Origin: Candidatus Velesiimonas alkalicola
GTDB lineage: Bacteria; Omnitrophota; Gorgyraeia; Velesiimonadales; Velesiimonadaceae
Assembly (NCBI GenBank): GCA_013626165.1
Contig: NDHX01000009.1
Location: 2,007 to 66,006 of the forward strand
Reading direction: 5' to 3'
DNA length: 64,000 bases
Shown: piece by piece, positions 20,173-30,655 of the stretch
How the letters are laid out: every line of letters starts with the position of its first letter
Numbering within the stretch: the stretch's first letter is position 1
Notes under the pieces: model-generated
Database searches by the model: none
Told to the model about the DNA's origin: nothing
What the model saw: the letters and a program-made list of their open reading frames with translations, nothing else
Translations under genes and position numbers: made by a program

Positions 20173-21288
20173 CTATAAAAACGCGCTGCTTACTGTGTCA
20201 CAAAAAAGTATTCCCTTCGGAGTGAGAAAAATCCTGTTATCTTTTAATGATATTAAACCGCCTTGAATAAGTCCATTTATACTGTCAAACTCTAACTCTT
20301 CAAAATCAAACCCTGTTTTTTGTTTAAACCATATCTTTTCTATACCATCCATTGTTCTTATCTTCAGTGCCGCTGTTTCTTTTGCTTTTTCAATTGGAGA
20401 TAAATTTTCACTAAACACAGTTACCTGTTCACCTGAATTTACACAATCTATATAGCCGGATACCTCTGAAATATTTCTGCTTCGGACCCCGTTAATATAA
20501 GATACGGCTGATGCACCGAGCCCGATGTATTCCTCATTCATCCAGTATGTTTCATTATGCCTGCACTTAAATCCGTCCCTTGCAAAGTTGGATATCTCAT
20601 ATTGCTTAAAACCCATCCTTCTTAGACTTTCTATTATACAAAGGTACATCTCTGAGACAATGCTGTCCTCAAGAGGTTTTATAAGATTTTTTTTCAAATC
20701 ACAATAAATTTTTGTCCCTTCTTCATAACCGAGTGAATACCATGATATATGATTAACGGGAATATTTTCAAGCACCTTTATATTATTTTTTATATCATTT
20801 ATCTTTTGTCCAGGTGTTCCAAACATTAAATCAATGCTTATATTCTCAAAACCAGCCTGATGAATATTATCTATCGCTTTCAGACAGGACCGGACACTAT
20901 GCCTTCTGCCAAGCGTTTTTAATATTTTATCATTAAAAGACTGAATTCCAATACTTATTCTGTTGACGCCCCGCTCTAAAAGTAAAGACGCCTTTTCCCT
21001 ATCAAGGGTATCAGGATTTGCTTCAATTGTTAACTCATATCCTTTGTTTAAAAGACTTTGGACACTTTTTAAAAGACTTTCCAATGTTTTTATATCAAGA
21101 ACTGTGGGTGTTCCACCACCTATATAGACTGTTGAAAACCGAGCCCTTAATCCCTCAATCTGTTTTTTTAAGGCATCTATATAAGAGACAGACAATTTGG
21201 GACTGTATAAAATACTATAAAAATCACAATACCTGCATTTACCGGAACAAAAAGGAATATGAATGTATAAACAGGAAGGATTAGACAT
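20173..21288 (-). CDS. hemW: radical SAM HemW-like heme chaperone / oxygen-independent coproporphyrinogen-III oxidase-like
   Basis: YIHIPFCSGKCRYCDF CxxxCxxC motif at N-terminus, HemN/HemW-type length. Confidence 0.75.
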   Translation of the reverse strand: MSNPSCLYIHIPFCSGKCRYCDFYSILYSPKLSVSYIDALKKQIEGLRARFSTVYIGGGTPTVLDIKTLESLLKSVQSLLNKGYELTIEANPDTLDREKASLLLERGVNRISIGIQSFNDKILKTLGRRHSVRSCLKAIDNIHQAGFENISIDLMFGTPGQKINDIKNNIKVLENIPVNHISWYSLGYEEGTKIYCDLKKNLIKPLEDSIVSEMYLCIIESLRRMGFKQYEISNFARDGFKCRHNETYWMNEEYIGLGASAVSYINGVRSRNISEVSGYIDCVNSGEQVTVFSENLSPIEKAKETAALKIRTMDGIEKIWFKQKTGFDFEELEFDSINGLIQGGLISLKDNRIFLTPKGILFCDTVSSAFL

Positions 21289-21377
21289 TGTTAGAAATCC
21301 ACAAAGTTTATTACATAACCCCGTTGCCCATCACCTCGTCATCAGTCACCTGTTCTATGGGGCCGTGCAACGGGGCC

Positions 21378-22637
21378 TTACAATGCAAATATACCTGGAA
21401 ATTCTAAGGTTTGCTTTAATTCCTGCAAAAATTTTGACCCCAATACACCATCTATAACCCTGTGGTCTGCAGAAAGGGTTATATGCATTATATCCCTTAC
21501 AATGATTTTATCCCCCGATACAACCGGTTGTTTTGATATTGAGCCTATTGCAAGAATGGCACTTTCACCCGGTATGATTATTGCACTGAACGATTCTACA
21601 CCAAACATACCAAGGTTGGATACTGTAAGAACACTTCCTCTGTACTCATCAGGAAGAAGTTTTTTATCCCTTGCCTTTCCTATCAGTGCCTTGCTTTCTG
21701 CGGATATTTCGGACAATGATTTTTTATCCGCATCTTTTATTACAGGCACAATAAGCCCATCCTCTATGGCAACTGCAATCCCGATATTTATATTCTGCTT
21801 TAGTTCTAAACCCTGCTGTGTCCATACAGAGGCTATGTACGGATTATTTTTTATTACATAAGAAACGGCTTTTACTATAAAATCATTGTAGCCCACATCC
21901 ATGTTTTTTGATTTTAACAGGCTTCTAAAACCCATAAGGTGCGTCATATCAACAGAAATTGTTATATAAAAATGCGGGATACTTGTTTTACTTTTGACCA
22001 TTTTTTCGGCAATAATTTTTCTCATAGAAGAAAAGGTGGGCTTCTGAAATGAAAGCACATCTTCTTTTGTGATCTTACCTTCCTCACCAGAACCTTCTAT
22101 TGAATATCTGTCCAAGCCTTTTTGCCTTATCAACTCTTCTGCAACAGGTGTTATCTTTACCTTTGGCATTTTTTCAATAAATTCAAGAACATCTTTTTCA
22201 ACAATCCTACCCTGTGGACCTGTGCCTCTGATTTTTGTAATATCTATACCCTTTTCCTTTACCATTGTCTTTGCTCTGGGAGATATAAAAATTCTGCCCT
22301 CTTCTTTTTTTACCTCAATATGTTCTTCTTTTTTAAGGACAATTTCTTCCTTTTTTTGTTCTGCCGCAAAAATACTTTGGGCATCAGGAACAGACTCATT
22401 CTTATCGCCTATAAATCCGATAACATCTGTTACAGGCACCGTCTGTCCATCCTGAACAACAATTTTTTTTAAATATCCTTCCTGCGGACTTTCAAACTCA
22501 AATGTTGCCTTATCTGTTGTCATTTCAAGGATTGGCTCTCCTTTTTTAATAAAGTCGCCCTCCTTTTTAAGCCATCTTTCTATTTTGCCTTCTTCCATTG
22601 TCTCTCCGAGTTTTGGCATTATAATCTGGCTTATCAT
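21378..22637 (-). CDS. 2-oxoacid dehydrogenase E2 (dihydrolipoamide acyltransferase)
   Basis: N-terminal lipoyl domain (MTTDKATFE), subunit-binding domain, C-terminal catalytic DHRVIDG. Confidence 0.85.
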   Translation of the reverse strand: MISQIIMPKLGETMEEGKIERWLKKEGDFIKKGEPILEMTTDKATFEFESPQEGYLKKIVVQDGQTVPVTDVIGFIGDKNESVPDAQSIFAAEQKKEEIVLKKEEHIEVKKEEGRIFISPRAKTMVKEKGIDITKIRGTGPQGRIVEKDVLEFIEKMPKVKITPVAEELIRQKGLDRYSIEGSGEEGKITKEDVLSFQKPTFSSMRKIIAEKMVKSKTSIPHFYITISVDMTHLMGFRSLLKSKNMDVGYNDFIVKAVSYVIKNNPYIASVWTQQGLELKQNINIGIAVAIEDGLIVPVIKDADKKSLSEISAESKALIGKARDKKLLPDEYRGSVLTVSNLGMFGVESFSAIIIPGESAILAIGSISKQPVVSGDKIIVRDIMHITLSADHRVIDGVLGSKFLQELKQTLEFPGIFAL

Positions 22638-23644
22638 TTTAGACCTCCAATTGAAAGTACTTTTTTTACAGCATTTATTATTTTGTTTTTGTCTGGAAGC
22701 ATTTCTGCAATAAGGGTAGGACTCATAGGAGGTGGAACATCTTCGGAGCAGACCCTTTGCACAGGTGCATCCAAGTGGTCAAAAACCCGTTCCATAATCT
22801 GTGAACATACTTCCCCCGCAAATCCCCCTGTCTTGCATCCTTCGGAAACCACAACCGCTTTTCCAGTCTTTTTTACAGAGGTTATAATAAGTTCTATATC
22901 AAGCGGTTTTAATGTCCTTGGGTCAATCACCTCACATTCTATACCTTGTTTTGAAAGCTCATCAGAAGCAGAGAGTGCCTCATAAACCATCCTGCTGTAT
23001 GCAATAATAGTTACATCTTTGCCTTTTCTTTTAATATCACCAACGCCGATTGGAATTGTATATTCTTCTTCAGGAACACTACCTTTCTGTCCGTAGAGAA
23101 GTTTATGTTCAATAAATATTATAGGATTATCATCTTTTATACAACTTTTTAAAAGTCCTTTTGCATCATATGGTGTTGCAGGCATGACAACATAAATACC
23201 TGGGGTATGAACATACCATGCCTCTAATGATTGTGCATGCTGTCCTGCAAGGCCACGGCCTGCGCCTCCCTGGGTTCTTAAAACCATAGGCACCTTAACC
23301 TTGCCTGCGAACATATAACGGTTTTTTGCACCATGGTTGCAGAACTCATCCATTGCAATTGTTGAAAAATCTATATACATAATCTCAATAACAGGTCTTG
23401 TGCCGGTCATTGCCGCACCTACACCCGCACCTGCAATTGCTGCTTCGCTTATGGCTGTATCTCTGACTCTTTCTGCCCCATACTTCTGATATAGACCTCT
23501 TGTAACACCGTAAGCACCACCATAAATTCCAACATCTTCTCCCATAATAAAAACTGACGGGTCTTTATCCATCTCTTCCTGTAATGCTTCATTTAGTGCC
23601 TGCCCATATGTTATTTCGCGCATATACCCCCCCAAAAAAAACAT
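22634..23644 (-). CDS. 2-oxoacid dehydrogenase E1 beta subunit (true start probably second ATG at 23623, MREITYGQAL)
   Basis: Transketolase-like E1 beta sequence; first ATG runs through a T8G7 tract. Confidence 0.85.
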   Translation of the reverse strand: MFFLGGYMREITYGQALNEALQEEMDKDPSVFIMGEDVGIYGGAYGVTRGLYQKYGAERVRDTAISEAAIAGAGVGAAMTGTRPVIEIMYIDFSTIAMDEFCNHGAKNRYMFAGKVKVPMVLRTQGGAGRGLAGQHAQSLEAWYVHTPGIYVVMPATPYDAKGLLKSCIKDDNPIIFIEHKLLYGQKGSVPEEEYTIPIGVGDIKRKGKDVTIIAYSRMVYEALSASDELSKQGIECEVIDPRTLKPLDIELIITSVKKTGKAVVVSEGCKTGGFAGEVCSQIMERVFDHLDAPVQRVCSEDVPPPMSPTLIAEMLPDKNKIINAVKKVLSIGGLK

Positions 23645-23662
23645 AGTAGATAGGAAAAATAT

Positions 23663-23683
23663 CCCTCCTTTTATAAAGGAGGG
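23663..23683 (-). terminator. intrinsic-terminator/attenuator-like hairpin between E1alpha and E1beta (ccctcctt-ttata-aaggaggg followed by AUAUUUUU on minus strand)
   Basis: 8-bp GC-rich stem, 5-nt loop, U-run on the transcribed (minus) strand. Confidence 0.4.
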
Positions 23684-23701
23684 TTTGGTGGATTATATTT
23701 T

Positions 23702-23737
23702 CCCCTACCTCCTATCTACTATCTACTACCTACTATG
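23702..23737. repeat. heptamer-type tandem array (CTAC[C/T]TA / TAG[G/A]TAG family)
   Basis: cccctacctcctatctactatctactacctactatg; same family at 25451, 46185, 49843. Confidence 0.55.
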
Positions 23738-23740
23738 TTC

Positions 23741-24712
23741 TTACACATACACATCATCATACAAATTTTCCGGTTCTGGGTATGGACTTTCCATCGCAAA
23801 CTTTTCAGCGTCGTCTATTTCTTTAGATACCTGCTTTTCCATTTCAAGATATTTTTCTTCGTTAATCATTTTCCATTCAATCATTTTTGCTTTTAATTGC
23901 AGGATAGGACATTTTGCTTTCCATAGCATTTCTTCTTCTTTTGTCCTGTAGACCCTCGGATCACTTCTTGAATGCCCAAAATATCTGTATGTCTTACATT
24001 CTATCAGAGAAGGACCTCTTGATTTTCTTGCTGCTTCTACAAATTTTTCAACAGTTTGTTTTACGGTAAAAACATTCATTCCGTCCACAACCTCAGAAGG
24101 CATGCAATAGGATTGAGCCTTGATTGCTATATCAGAATGGGGACATGCTCTTTGGACAGATACACTCATCCCATAGAGATTGTTTTCGCATATATACACT
24201 ACTGGTAATTTCCATGTTGATGCCATATTAAGTGATTCATGGAATGCACCCGTGTTTGTTGCGCCATCTCCGAAAAAACAAAGACAGACCTGGTCTGTTT
24301 TTTTTAATTTTATTGAAAGTCCAGCCCCTGTTGCAACAGGGATATTGCCCCCGACAATTCCTGTTGCACCCAAGTTTCCGCTTTCAATGTCACAGATATG
24401 CATAGAACCACCGCGTCCTTTACAATATCCTGTTAATTTCCCGCATACCTCTGCCATCATTTTTTTTAAGTTCGCGCCTTTGGCGATGCAATGCCCATGC
24501 CCTCTGTGTGTGGATGTTATATAATCAGACTGTTTGATTGCTGCACACGCTCCTACTGCAACTGCCTCTTCACCTGCATAAAGATGCGATGCACCCTCTA
24601 CAATATTCCTTGCAAGAAGATCCATAACCCTTTCTTCAAACAGCCTGATTCTTAACATCTGCAAAAGATAAAATTCACACTCTTTAAAATCTGGCTTCAT
24701 ATACCTCCACAA
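23741..24712 (-). CDS. 2-oxoacid dehydrogenase E1 alpha subunit (TPP-binding)
   Basis: GDGATNTGAFHESLN TPP motif, E1 alpha family. Confidence 0.85.
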   Translation of the reverse strand: MWRYMKPDFKECEFYLLQMLRIRLFEERVMDLLARNIVEGASHLYAGEEAVAVGACAAIKQSDYITSTHRGHGHCIAKGANLKKMMAEVCGKLTGYCKGRGGSMHICDIESGNLGATGIVGGNIPVATGAGLSIKLKKTDQVCLCFFGDGATNTGAFHESLNMASTWKLPVVYICENNLYGMSVSVQRACPHSDIAIKAQSYCMPSEVVDGMNVFTVKQTVEKFVEAARKSRGPSLIECKTYRYFGHSRSDPRVYRTKEEEMLWKAKCPILQLKAKMIEWKMINEEKYLEMEKQVSKEIDDAEKFAMESPYPEPENLYDDVYV

Positions 24713-24849
24713 TAAGGCATTCGCCTTTTTGGATCTTCTTTTAAGCCTGTTTCCGACTTGTCTGAGGGACAGGCCCCGTGAAACTTTAAGAGCTCACTGG
24801 CGACTGGTGCTCTGATAAGGCGGATGAGAAGCTCACGGGCTCATAAGTA

Positions 24850-25353
24850 TTATACATTCTTTTTTGCATTAATCATTTTTTTTACCCACAGGACCAAGCC
24901 TCCCGAATCTATAATTTCGCGTATAAGTTCCGGGAAAGGTTCTGCCTTAAATTCTTTTCCATTTGTGATATTTTTTATAATACCGGTTTGGGGATTAATC
25001 TCAATTGTATCTGCTTCAGATGTGTTTTTAACGCACTCAACAGACTCAAATATGGGAAGTCCTATATTTATGGCATTCCTGTAGAATATTCCCGCAAAAG
25101 AAGATGCTACAACACAAGATACACCAGCTGCTTTTATTGCAATTGGAGCATGCTCTCTTGAAGAACCACAACCAAAGTTTTTACCTGCAACAATTATATC
25201 CGCTTTTGCCAGTTTTTTGACAAAATCCGCATCTATAGATTCCATACAATGTTTTGCAAGTTCCAGCGGGTCAGTTGTATTCAAATATCTTGCAGGTATA
25301 ATTACATCTGTATCAATATTATCGCCAAACTTATAAACCCTGCCCCTGAACAC
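24850..25353 (-). CDS. leuD: 3-isopropylmalate dehydratase small subunit (GTG start with GGAGG SD; ORF-track N-terminus MHWCSGAL... is repeat-derived)
   Basis: [15 protein letters not shown]...[20 protein letters not shown] LeuD/aconitase swivel signatures. Confidence 0.8.
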   Translation of the reverse strand: MFRGRVYKFGDNIDTDVIIPARYLNTTDPLELAKHCMESIDADFVKKLAKADIIVAGKNFGCGSSREHAPIAIKAAGVSCVVASSFAGIFYRNAINIGLPIFESVECVKNTSEADTIEINPQTGIIKNITNGKEFKAEPFPELIREIIDSGGLVLWVKKMINAKKNV

Positions 25354-25373
25354 ATTTTCCTCCGATATTAAGA

Positions 25374-25445
25374 GTGCACCAGAGCACCAGTGCACCAGTG
25401 CACCAGAGCACCAGTGCACCAGTGCACCAGAACACCAGTCACCAT
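25374..25445. repeat. 8-mer tandem array GCACCAG[A/T] x8
   Basis: gcaccaga gcaccagt gcaccagt gcaccaga gcaccagt gcaccagt gcaccaga acaccagt. Confidence 0.7.
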
Positions 25446-25450
25446 TTTTT

Positions 25451-25486
25451 CTCCTACCTATTATCTACTACCTACTACCTACTGCC
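25451..25486. repeat. heptamer-type tandem array (CTACCTA family)
   Basis: ctcctacctattatctactacctactacctactgcc. Confidence 0.55.
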
Positions 25487-25870
25487 TTATTTATACACTT
25501 CTTCTGGTTTAAACACCTTTTCTTTAACCTTTTTTAATGTTCCATCGGACTGAATCTGTCTGTAAAAACAGGACCTGAATCCCATGTGGCAAGCACCGCC
25601 TTTTTGTTCTACCTTTATAAGCACAGCATCGTTATCGCAATCTATGAGCATCTGTTTTACGGTTTGTGTGTGCCTGGAAGTTTCGCCCTTTACCCATAAC
25701 TTTTTTCTTGAACGGGACCAGAAACTTACTCTTCCGGTTTCTAATGTCTGTAAAAGTGACTCTTCATTCATATATGCAACCATAAGAACTTCATTATTTT
25801 TACCATCCTGTATAATTGCAGGTATTAGCCCGTTTTCATCAAATTTTAGGATGGAAATAGTTTTTTTCAT
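25487..25870 (-). CDS. hisI: phosphoribosyl-AMP cyclohydrolase
   Basis: HisI-like sequence (…WSRSR…LW.KGETS…D.D….V…GGACH…). Confidence 0.85.
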   Translation of the reverse strand: MKKTISILKFDENGLIPAIIQDGKNNEVLMVAYMNEESLLQTLETGRVSFWSRSRKKLWVKGETSRHTQTVKQMLIDCDNDAVLIKVEQKGGACHMGFRSCFYRQIQSDGTLKKVKEKVFKPEEVYK

Positions 25871-26622
25871 ATTCTTACTTCTACTTTTTGAATTTTAAGA
25901 TATTCTTTTACCTGTCTTATTGTAAGTTCTCCGAAATGGAAAAGAGATGCCGCAAGCACTGCATCGGCTTTCCCATCTATTATAACACTTAAAAAATCTT
26001 CTAATCTGCCTGCCCCGCCTGATGCAATAACAGGGATGTTTAATATTTCAGAGACCCTTTTTGTAAGTTCCACATCGTAGCCCATCTTTGTTCCGTCTCT
26101 ATCCATGCTTGTAAGAAGTATCTCACCTGCTCCTAATCCTTCAACTGTTTTTGCCCATTGAACAGCATCAAGCCCTGTGGGAGTTCTACCGCCGTGTGTG
26201 TAGACCTGCCAGGAATTTTCCTTAAACCTTGCATCAATTGCAACAACTATGCACTGACTTCCAAACCTATCAGAGGCATATTTTATAAGTTCAGGGTTCT
26301 GAACAGCGGCAGTATTGATTGAAATTTTATCAGCCCCGACATTTAAAAGTTCTCTTATATCATCCTGGTTTCTTATTCCGCCTCCAACTGTAAGCGGTAT
26401 AAAAATTTTATCCGCCACTTTCTCTACAAGAGCCACCATTGTTTTTCTTTGCTCATATGATGCAGTTATATCAAGAAAAACAAGTTCATCAGCCCCTGCC
26501 TTATCATATGCAATTGCGGCCTGAACAGGGTCTGCCGCATCTGTTATATCAATAAACCTGATTCCTTTTACAACCCTTCCCTGCCTGACATCAAGACAGG
26601 GTATTATTCTTTTTGCAAGCAT
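25867..26622 (-). CDS. hisF: imidazole glycerol phosphate synthase cyclase subunit
   Basis: RIIPCLDV...GADE..FLDI…GGGIR canonical HisF. Confidence 0.9.
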   Translation of the reverse strand: MLAKRIIPCLDVRQGRVVKGIRFIDITDAADPVQAAIAYDKAGADELVFLDITASYEQRKTMVALVEKVADKIFIPLTVGGGIRNQDDIRELLNVGADKISINTAAVQNPELIKYASDRFGSQCIVVAIDARFKENSWQVYTHGGRTPTGLDAVQWAKTVEGLGAGEILLTSMDRDGTKMGYDVELTKRVSEILNIPVIASGGAGRLEDFLSVIIDGKADAVLAASLFHFGELTIRQVKEYLKIQKVEVRI

Positions 26623-26633
26623 ACAGGGTTCCT

Positions 26634-27362
26634 TTATTCTTCCTTAGCCATTGTTTTTATTTGTTCCATTGTAATGCTTCCCTCATAAAGGGCCTTGCCG
26701 ATTATACAACCAAACACCCTTGAATTTTTAAGACTATAAATGTTTTGAATATCCGAAATTGTTGTTATTCCGCCTGATATTATCACACTTAAAGAAGTAT
26801 TTTTTAAGATTTGTTTAACCCCTTCAATATTGGGCCCTTGCATTGCTCCGTCTTTTAAGATGTCTGTATAGATAATGGTCTTTATTCCAATTTTATCAAT
26901 ATCCTTCACAATATCAATTGCCTTTATCCCTGTTGTCATCTGCCATCCCTGAACAGCAACAAATCCGTTTCTTGAGTCTATACTTACTATAATTTTTTCA
27001 CCAAATATATTATTTGCCTTTTTTACAAACTCCAGATCTTCACATAATTTTGTGCACATTGTCACATAAGAACACCCGGTTGCTATTGCCTCTTTTATCA
27101 AATCCATGCTCCTTATCCCGCCGCCAAACTCTATATCAATACCTACGCTTTTAACAATATCGGATACAAGTTTTAAGTGAGTTGGCTTTCCGTCTCTTGC
27201 TCCGTTTAAGTCAACTATGTGAAGCCTTCTTGCTCCTTTTTCTTTCCATTTCCTTGCAACCTCCAACGGATTATCACTGTAAATCTTTGCTTTTGTATAA
27301 TCCCCCTGCAAAAGTCGGACAACCTTTTCGTCTAATAAATCTATAGCAGGTATAATAATCAT
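26634..27362 (-). CDS. hisA: phosphoribosylformimino-5-aminoimidazole carboxamide ribotide isomerase (start MIIIPAIDL)
   Basis: IIPAIDL…VRL.QGDY HisA N-terminus. Confidence 0.85.
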   Translation of the reverse strand: MIIIPAIDLLDEKVVRLLQGDYTKAKIYSDNPLEVARKWKEKGARRLHIVDLNGARDGKPTHLKLVSDIVKSVGIDIEFGGGIRSMDLIKEAIATGCSYVTMCTKLCEDLEFVKKANNIFGEKIIVSIDSRNGFVAVQGWQMTTGIKAIDIVKDIDKIGIKTIIYTDILKDGAMQGPNIEGVKQILKNTSLSVIISGGITTISDIQNIYSLKNSRVFGCIIGKALYEGSITMEQIKTMAKEE

Positions 27363-27988
27363 AACTTTATAAAATTTTCCAGTACTTTTAGCCCCCAGCA
27401 CTGACTTTTTTCAGGATGAAACTGTGCAGCGTATATATTATCCTTACAAACAATTGAAGCAAATGTCTTTCCATACTCGGTTATGCCAACCACACTGTTT
27501 TGGTCCTCGGGCGCTCCATAATATGAGTGAACAAAGTAAAACCAGCTTCTGTCAGGCAGTCCTTTTACTATGAAACATTTTTTTGCCTGTTCCGTCCACT
27601 GGACACTGTTCCAGCCGATATGCGGAACCTTCAGCCTTGAGCCACTCTTATCTTTACCTGTAAATCTTTTTACCCTTCCCTTTATCAAATCAAGCCCCGA
27701 GAATACTCCCTCCTCATAACTTTCCGTAAAAACAAGTTGCAGCCCAAGACATATCCCCAATAACGGCTTTCCTGTCTTCACAAAATCTTTTATTGCACAA
27801 GAAATACCCTTTATATCAAGACAATTCATAGCATGCTTAAATGCACCAACGCCGGGAAGTATCAACTTACTTGCATTTTTTATAGCAGATACATCATCTG
27901 TAATAAGGGCTTCAAAACCAAGATAACGAAATGCCTTATAAATGCTCGCAAGATTTCCCATACCATAATCAATAATTACAATTTTCAC
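27359..27988 (-). CDS. hisH: imidazole glycerol phosphate synthase glutamine amidotransferase subunit
   Basis: Class-I GATase (ICLGLQL, HSY..) HisH. Confidence 0.85.
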   Translation of the reverse strand: MKIVIIDYGMGNLASIYKAFRYLGFEALITDDVSAIKNASKLILPGVGAFKHAMNCLDIKGISCAIKDFVKTGKPLLGICLGLQLVFTESYEEGVFSGLDLIKGRVKRFTGKDKSGSRLKVPHIGWNSVQWTEQAKKCFIVKGLPDRSWFYFVHSYYGAPEDQNSVVGITEYGKTFASIVCKDNIYAAQFHPEKSQCWGLKVLENFIKL

Positions 27989-28019
27989 ATTTTGTTGTCG
28001 GGTGAATGTAGTCTGCTTT

Positions 28020-29390
28020 TTAATCTGTGGAATCAGGGTCTGATAAGAGTTTTTTAGCAGACCCTAAAATATTATATGTTCTATCAAGTATAATTTCTAT
28101 ATCACTGTTTTTTATACACAGAGGAAGGAAAAGATATATTACAGAATCCAGCGGTCTTAATATAAGAGAATTTTTAAGCCCCTGCTTATAAATCTTAAAT
28201 CCTATTCTATCTTTTAGGTCAAATGTTTTTTTACTCTGTTTATCTTTTACAAGTTCAAATGCACCTATCAACCCCTTATATCGGACATCTCCTACCAGAG
28301 ACAAAGAGCGAAATCTTTCCAATCCTCTATGAAAAAACTTTATTGTATCACGAATGTTTTCAATGGTATTTTCTTTTTCAAATATTTTAAGACTTGCAAT
28401 TGCAGCAGAAATAGAAACAGGATTTGCAGTATATGTATGCCCGTGAAAAAAAGTTTTTTTATTCTCATAATCATCATAGAAAATATCGTATATATTTTTT
28501 GTAGTAAGTGTAACCCCAAGCGGAAGATAACCCGATGTTATACCCTTTGACAGACACAGAAAATCGCAAGTGATATCGGCATAATTACAGGCAAACATCT
28601 TACCTGTTCTTCCAAATCCTGTTGCAACCTCGTCTAATATCAGATGCACATTGTGCTTTCTTGAAAGTTCAAAAACCTTTTTTAAATATTTTTCAGGATA
28701 TACTATCATCCCTCCTGCGGCAAGAACAATAGGCTCTAATATTATTGCACAGATACTTTTTGAATCTTTTTTTAATATATCCTCCATCTGTTTTATACAC
28801 TCTATGGAACAAGAATCTTTGCTTTTCCCGACAGGACATCTATAACAATATGGAGAATGAACCTTATAAGAAGAAAATAACAAAGGCTTGAAGACACTCT
28901 GAAAAACATCAATACTGCTTACAGACATCGCACCAATTGTATCCCCATGATACCCATAATCAAGAGATAAAAATTTCTTTTTTCCTTTTAACCCCGAATT
29001 ATGCCAGTACTGTAAAGACATTTTTAGCGCTGTCTCAATAGATGTTGAGCCGTTATCAGAATAGAATACCTTGTTCAGCCCCTTAGGTGCAATGGATACA
29101 ATTTTTTCTGAAAATATTACTGCAGGCTTATGCGTAAATCCCGCAAAAGATATATGAGAAAGAAGTCCTACCTGTTTTTTTATAGCCTGTTTGATTTTTG
29201 GATGGTTATGTCCATGAACATTACACCACCAACTTGAAAAAGTGTCATAATAAAAATTCCCTTTGTTGTCATAGAGTTTTACACCTTCGGCTTCCTGGAT
29301 AAATATCGGCGGAACCTGCTCTAAATCTTTCATCTGTGTATATGGATGCCAGTTGTGTTTTAAGTCTCTTCTTACCCAATCATTATTCAT
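28020..29390 (-). CDS. bioA: adenosylmethionine-8-amino-7-oxononanoate aminotransferase-like class-III aminotransferase
   Basis: HNWHPYTQMK…WWCNVHGH BioA N-terminal signature; PLP-lysine region. Confidence 0.75.
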   Translation of the reverse strand: MNNDWVRRDLKHNWHPYTQMKDLEQVPPIFIQEAEGVKLYDNKGNFYYDTFSSWWCNVHGHNHPKIKQAIKKQVGLLSHISFAGFTHKPAVIFSEKIVSIAPKGLNKVFYSDNGSTSIETALKMSLQYWHNSGLKGKKKFLSLDYGYHGDTIGAMSVSSIDVFQSVFKPLLFSSYKVHSPYCYRCPVGKSKDSCSIECIKQMEDILKKDSKSICAIILEPIVLAAGGMIVYPEKYLKKVFELSRKHNVHLILDEVATGFGRTGKMFACNYADITCDFLCLSKGITSGYLPLGVTLTTKNIYDIFYDDYENKKTFFHGHTYTANPVSISAAIASLKIFEKENTIENIRDTIKFFHRGLERFRSLSLVGDVRYKGLIGAFELVKDKQSKKTFDLKDRIGFKIYKQGLKNSLILRPLDSVIYLFLPLCIKNSDIEIILDRTYNILGSAKKLLSDPDSTD

Positions 29391-30649
29391 ATTCTTATTA
29401 AAAGCCCTGAGAGAGGTTTAGGATAAAAGAATGTGCTCTTTCTCGGCATCTTCTGACCTGAAAATGCTATCTGTTTAACCTGTTCTATGGTTGTGGCTTG
29501 CAGCAAAACTGCAAAATCCCATTTCTTTTGTCTTACCCCTGCCACTGCCTGATGGACATTATGTGTATAATCAACCCTTATACCGTTGCTTTTCAAAAAT
29601 GGCAGTATCCTGTATTCAAGAACTGCGGTATCAAGCCTTTTACACCTTAAATTTTTTCTTTGTGTATCTGTTTTCTTAAAAAAACCTTGATTCTTTAATC
29701 TTAAAAAATAGAACTTCTTATCGGTAATTATGCCAAACACATTTGTCTTAAATTTTTTATCAAGGCAAGAGGTGAGTTTTTCAAGAGAGGTCTGTTCCTG
29801 TATCTTAAAAAAGGGAGCAAGTGTAGGAATGCACCTATCAAACCTGATTCCTTTCACAACCCTGTGTATGGGAAATATTTTAAGGGCCCTGTCATCAATG
29901 TTTGTAAAATATACAAGAACAAAGCCGTCCGGACTTTCGGAGTTTACCCTGTTTAAAAGACTTTCATTTCTAACAGGGCTTTCTTTCCAGTATTGAACTG
30001 CTGCTTCATACCTGTGATGACCGTCTGCAATAAGGAGTTTCTGAGAAGAAATGATGCCTCTTATTTTATCTATTGCATCTTTCCGAGCAACAATATAGAG
30101 TTTATGTTCTGTATTATCTTCCCACTTAATCTGTAAAACAGGTTTTTTATAATATTGTTTTGTAATAGCATCTATATTCTTATTTTTATCTGAATAAAGA
30201 CAAAAAATAGGTTCAAAATTTGCTTTTGTTGTCCTTAAAAGTTCAAGCCTGTCTTTTTTAGGGGCCGGCATAGTGTTCTCATGGGAAATAACCGAACCTT
30301 TTTCAAGCCTTAAAAGAGCAAAAAAACCTTTTCTTGTCTTCCACTGATTATTAAATAAAAACCTCTGGGTATAGAGATATATACACTCGGTTTCGTCTTT
30401 TAAAAAAACTTTTTCTTTTATCCATCTGTTAAGATAGTCTCTTGCCCTTGTCCATCTATTATTTTCTTCGGTATCCGTAAGGCTTGTCTTCCCAAGTATA
30501 AGCCTTACTATATTATAAGGACTGTGCCTATAAAGTTCTCTCTGCTTTTCTTTTGATATAACATCATATGGAGGAGCAAGAATAGTTCCTATATTTTTTA
30601 TTTTTTTAAGATTATATCTCCACCCTTTGAACGGTTTTATATCTGGCAT
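29387..30649 (-). CDS. DUF1015-family protein
   Basis: N-terminus IKPFKGWRYN…APPYDVIS characteristic of DUF1015. Confidence 0.6.
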   Translation of the reverse strand: MPDIKPFKGWRYNLKKIKNIGTILAPPYDVISKEKQRELYRHSPYNIVRLILGKTSLTDTEENNRWTRARDYLNRWIKEKVFLKDETECIYLYTQRFLFNNQWKTRKGFFALLRLEKGSVISHENTMPAPKKDRLELLRTTKANFEPIFCLYSDKNKNIDAITKQYYKKPVLQIKWEDNTEHKLYIVARKDAIDKIRGIISSQKLLIADGHHRYEAAVQYWKESPVRNESLLNRVNSESPDGFVLVYFTNIDDRALKIFPIHRVVKGIRFDRCIPTLAPFFKIQEQTSLEKLTSCLDKKFKTNVFGIITDKKFYFLRLKNQGFFKKTDTQRKNLRCKRLDTAVLEYRILPFLKSNGIRVDYTHNVHQAVAGVRQKKWDFAVLLQATTIEQVKQIAFSGQKMPRKSTFFYPKPLSGLLIRI

Positions 30650-30655
30650 AATTTC

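Noticed and set aside
24850-25419. N-terminal extensions of ORF calls ([16 protein letters not shown]… on leuD; MLWCAGALVLWCVGLGL… on 56422..57411; 15-aa tail of murC)
   Set aside because: These residues are encoded by the 8-mer tandem arrays. Functional start or stop sites with RBS lie inside, so the extensions are artefacts of repeat read-through.
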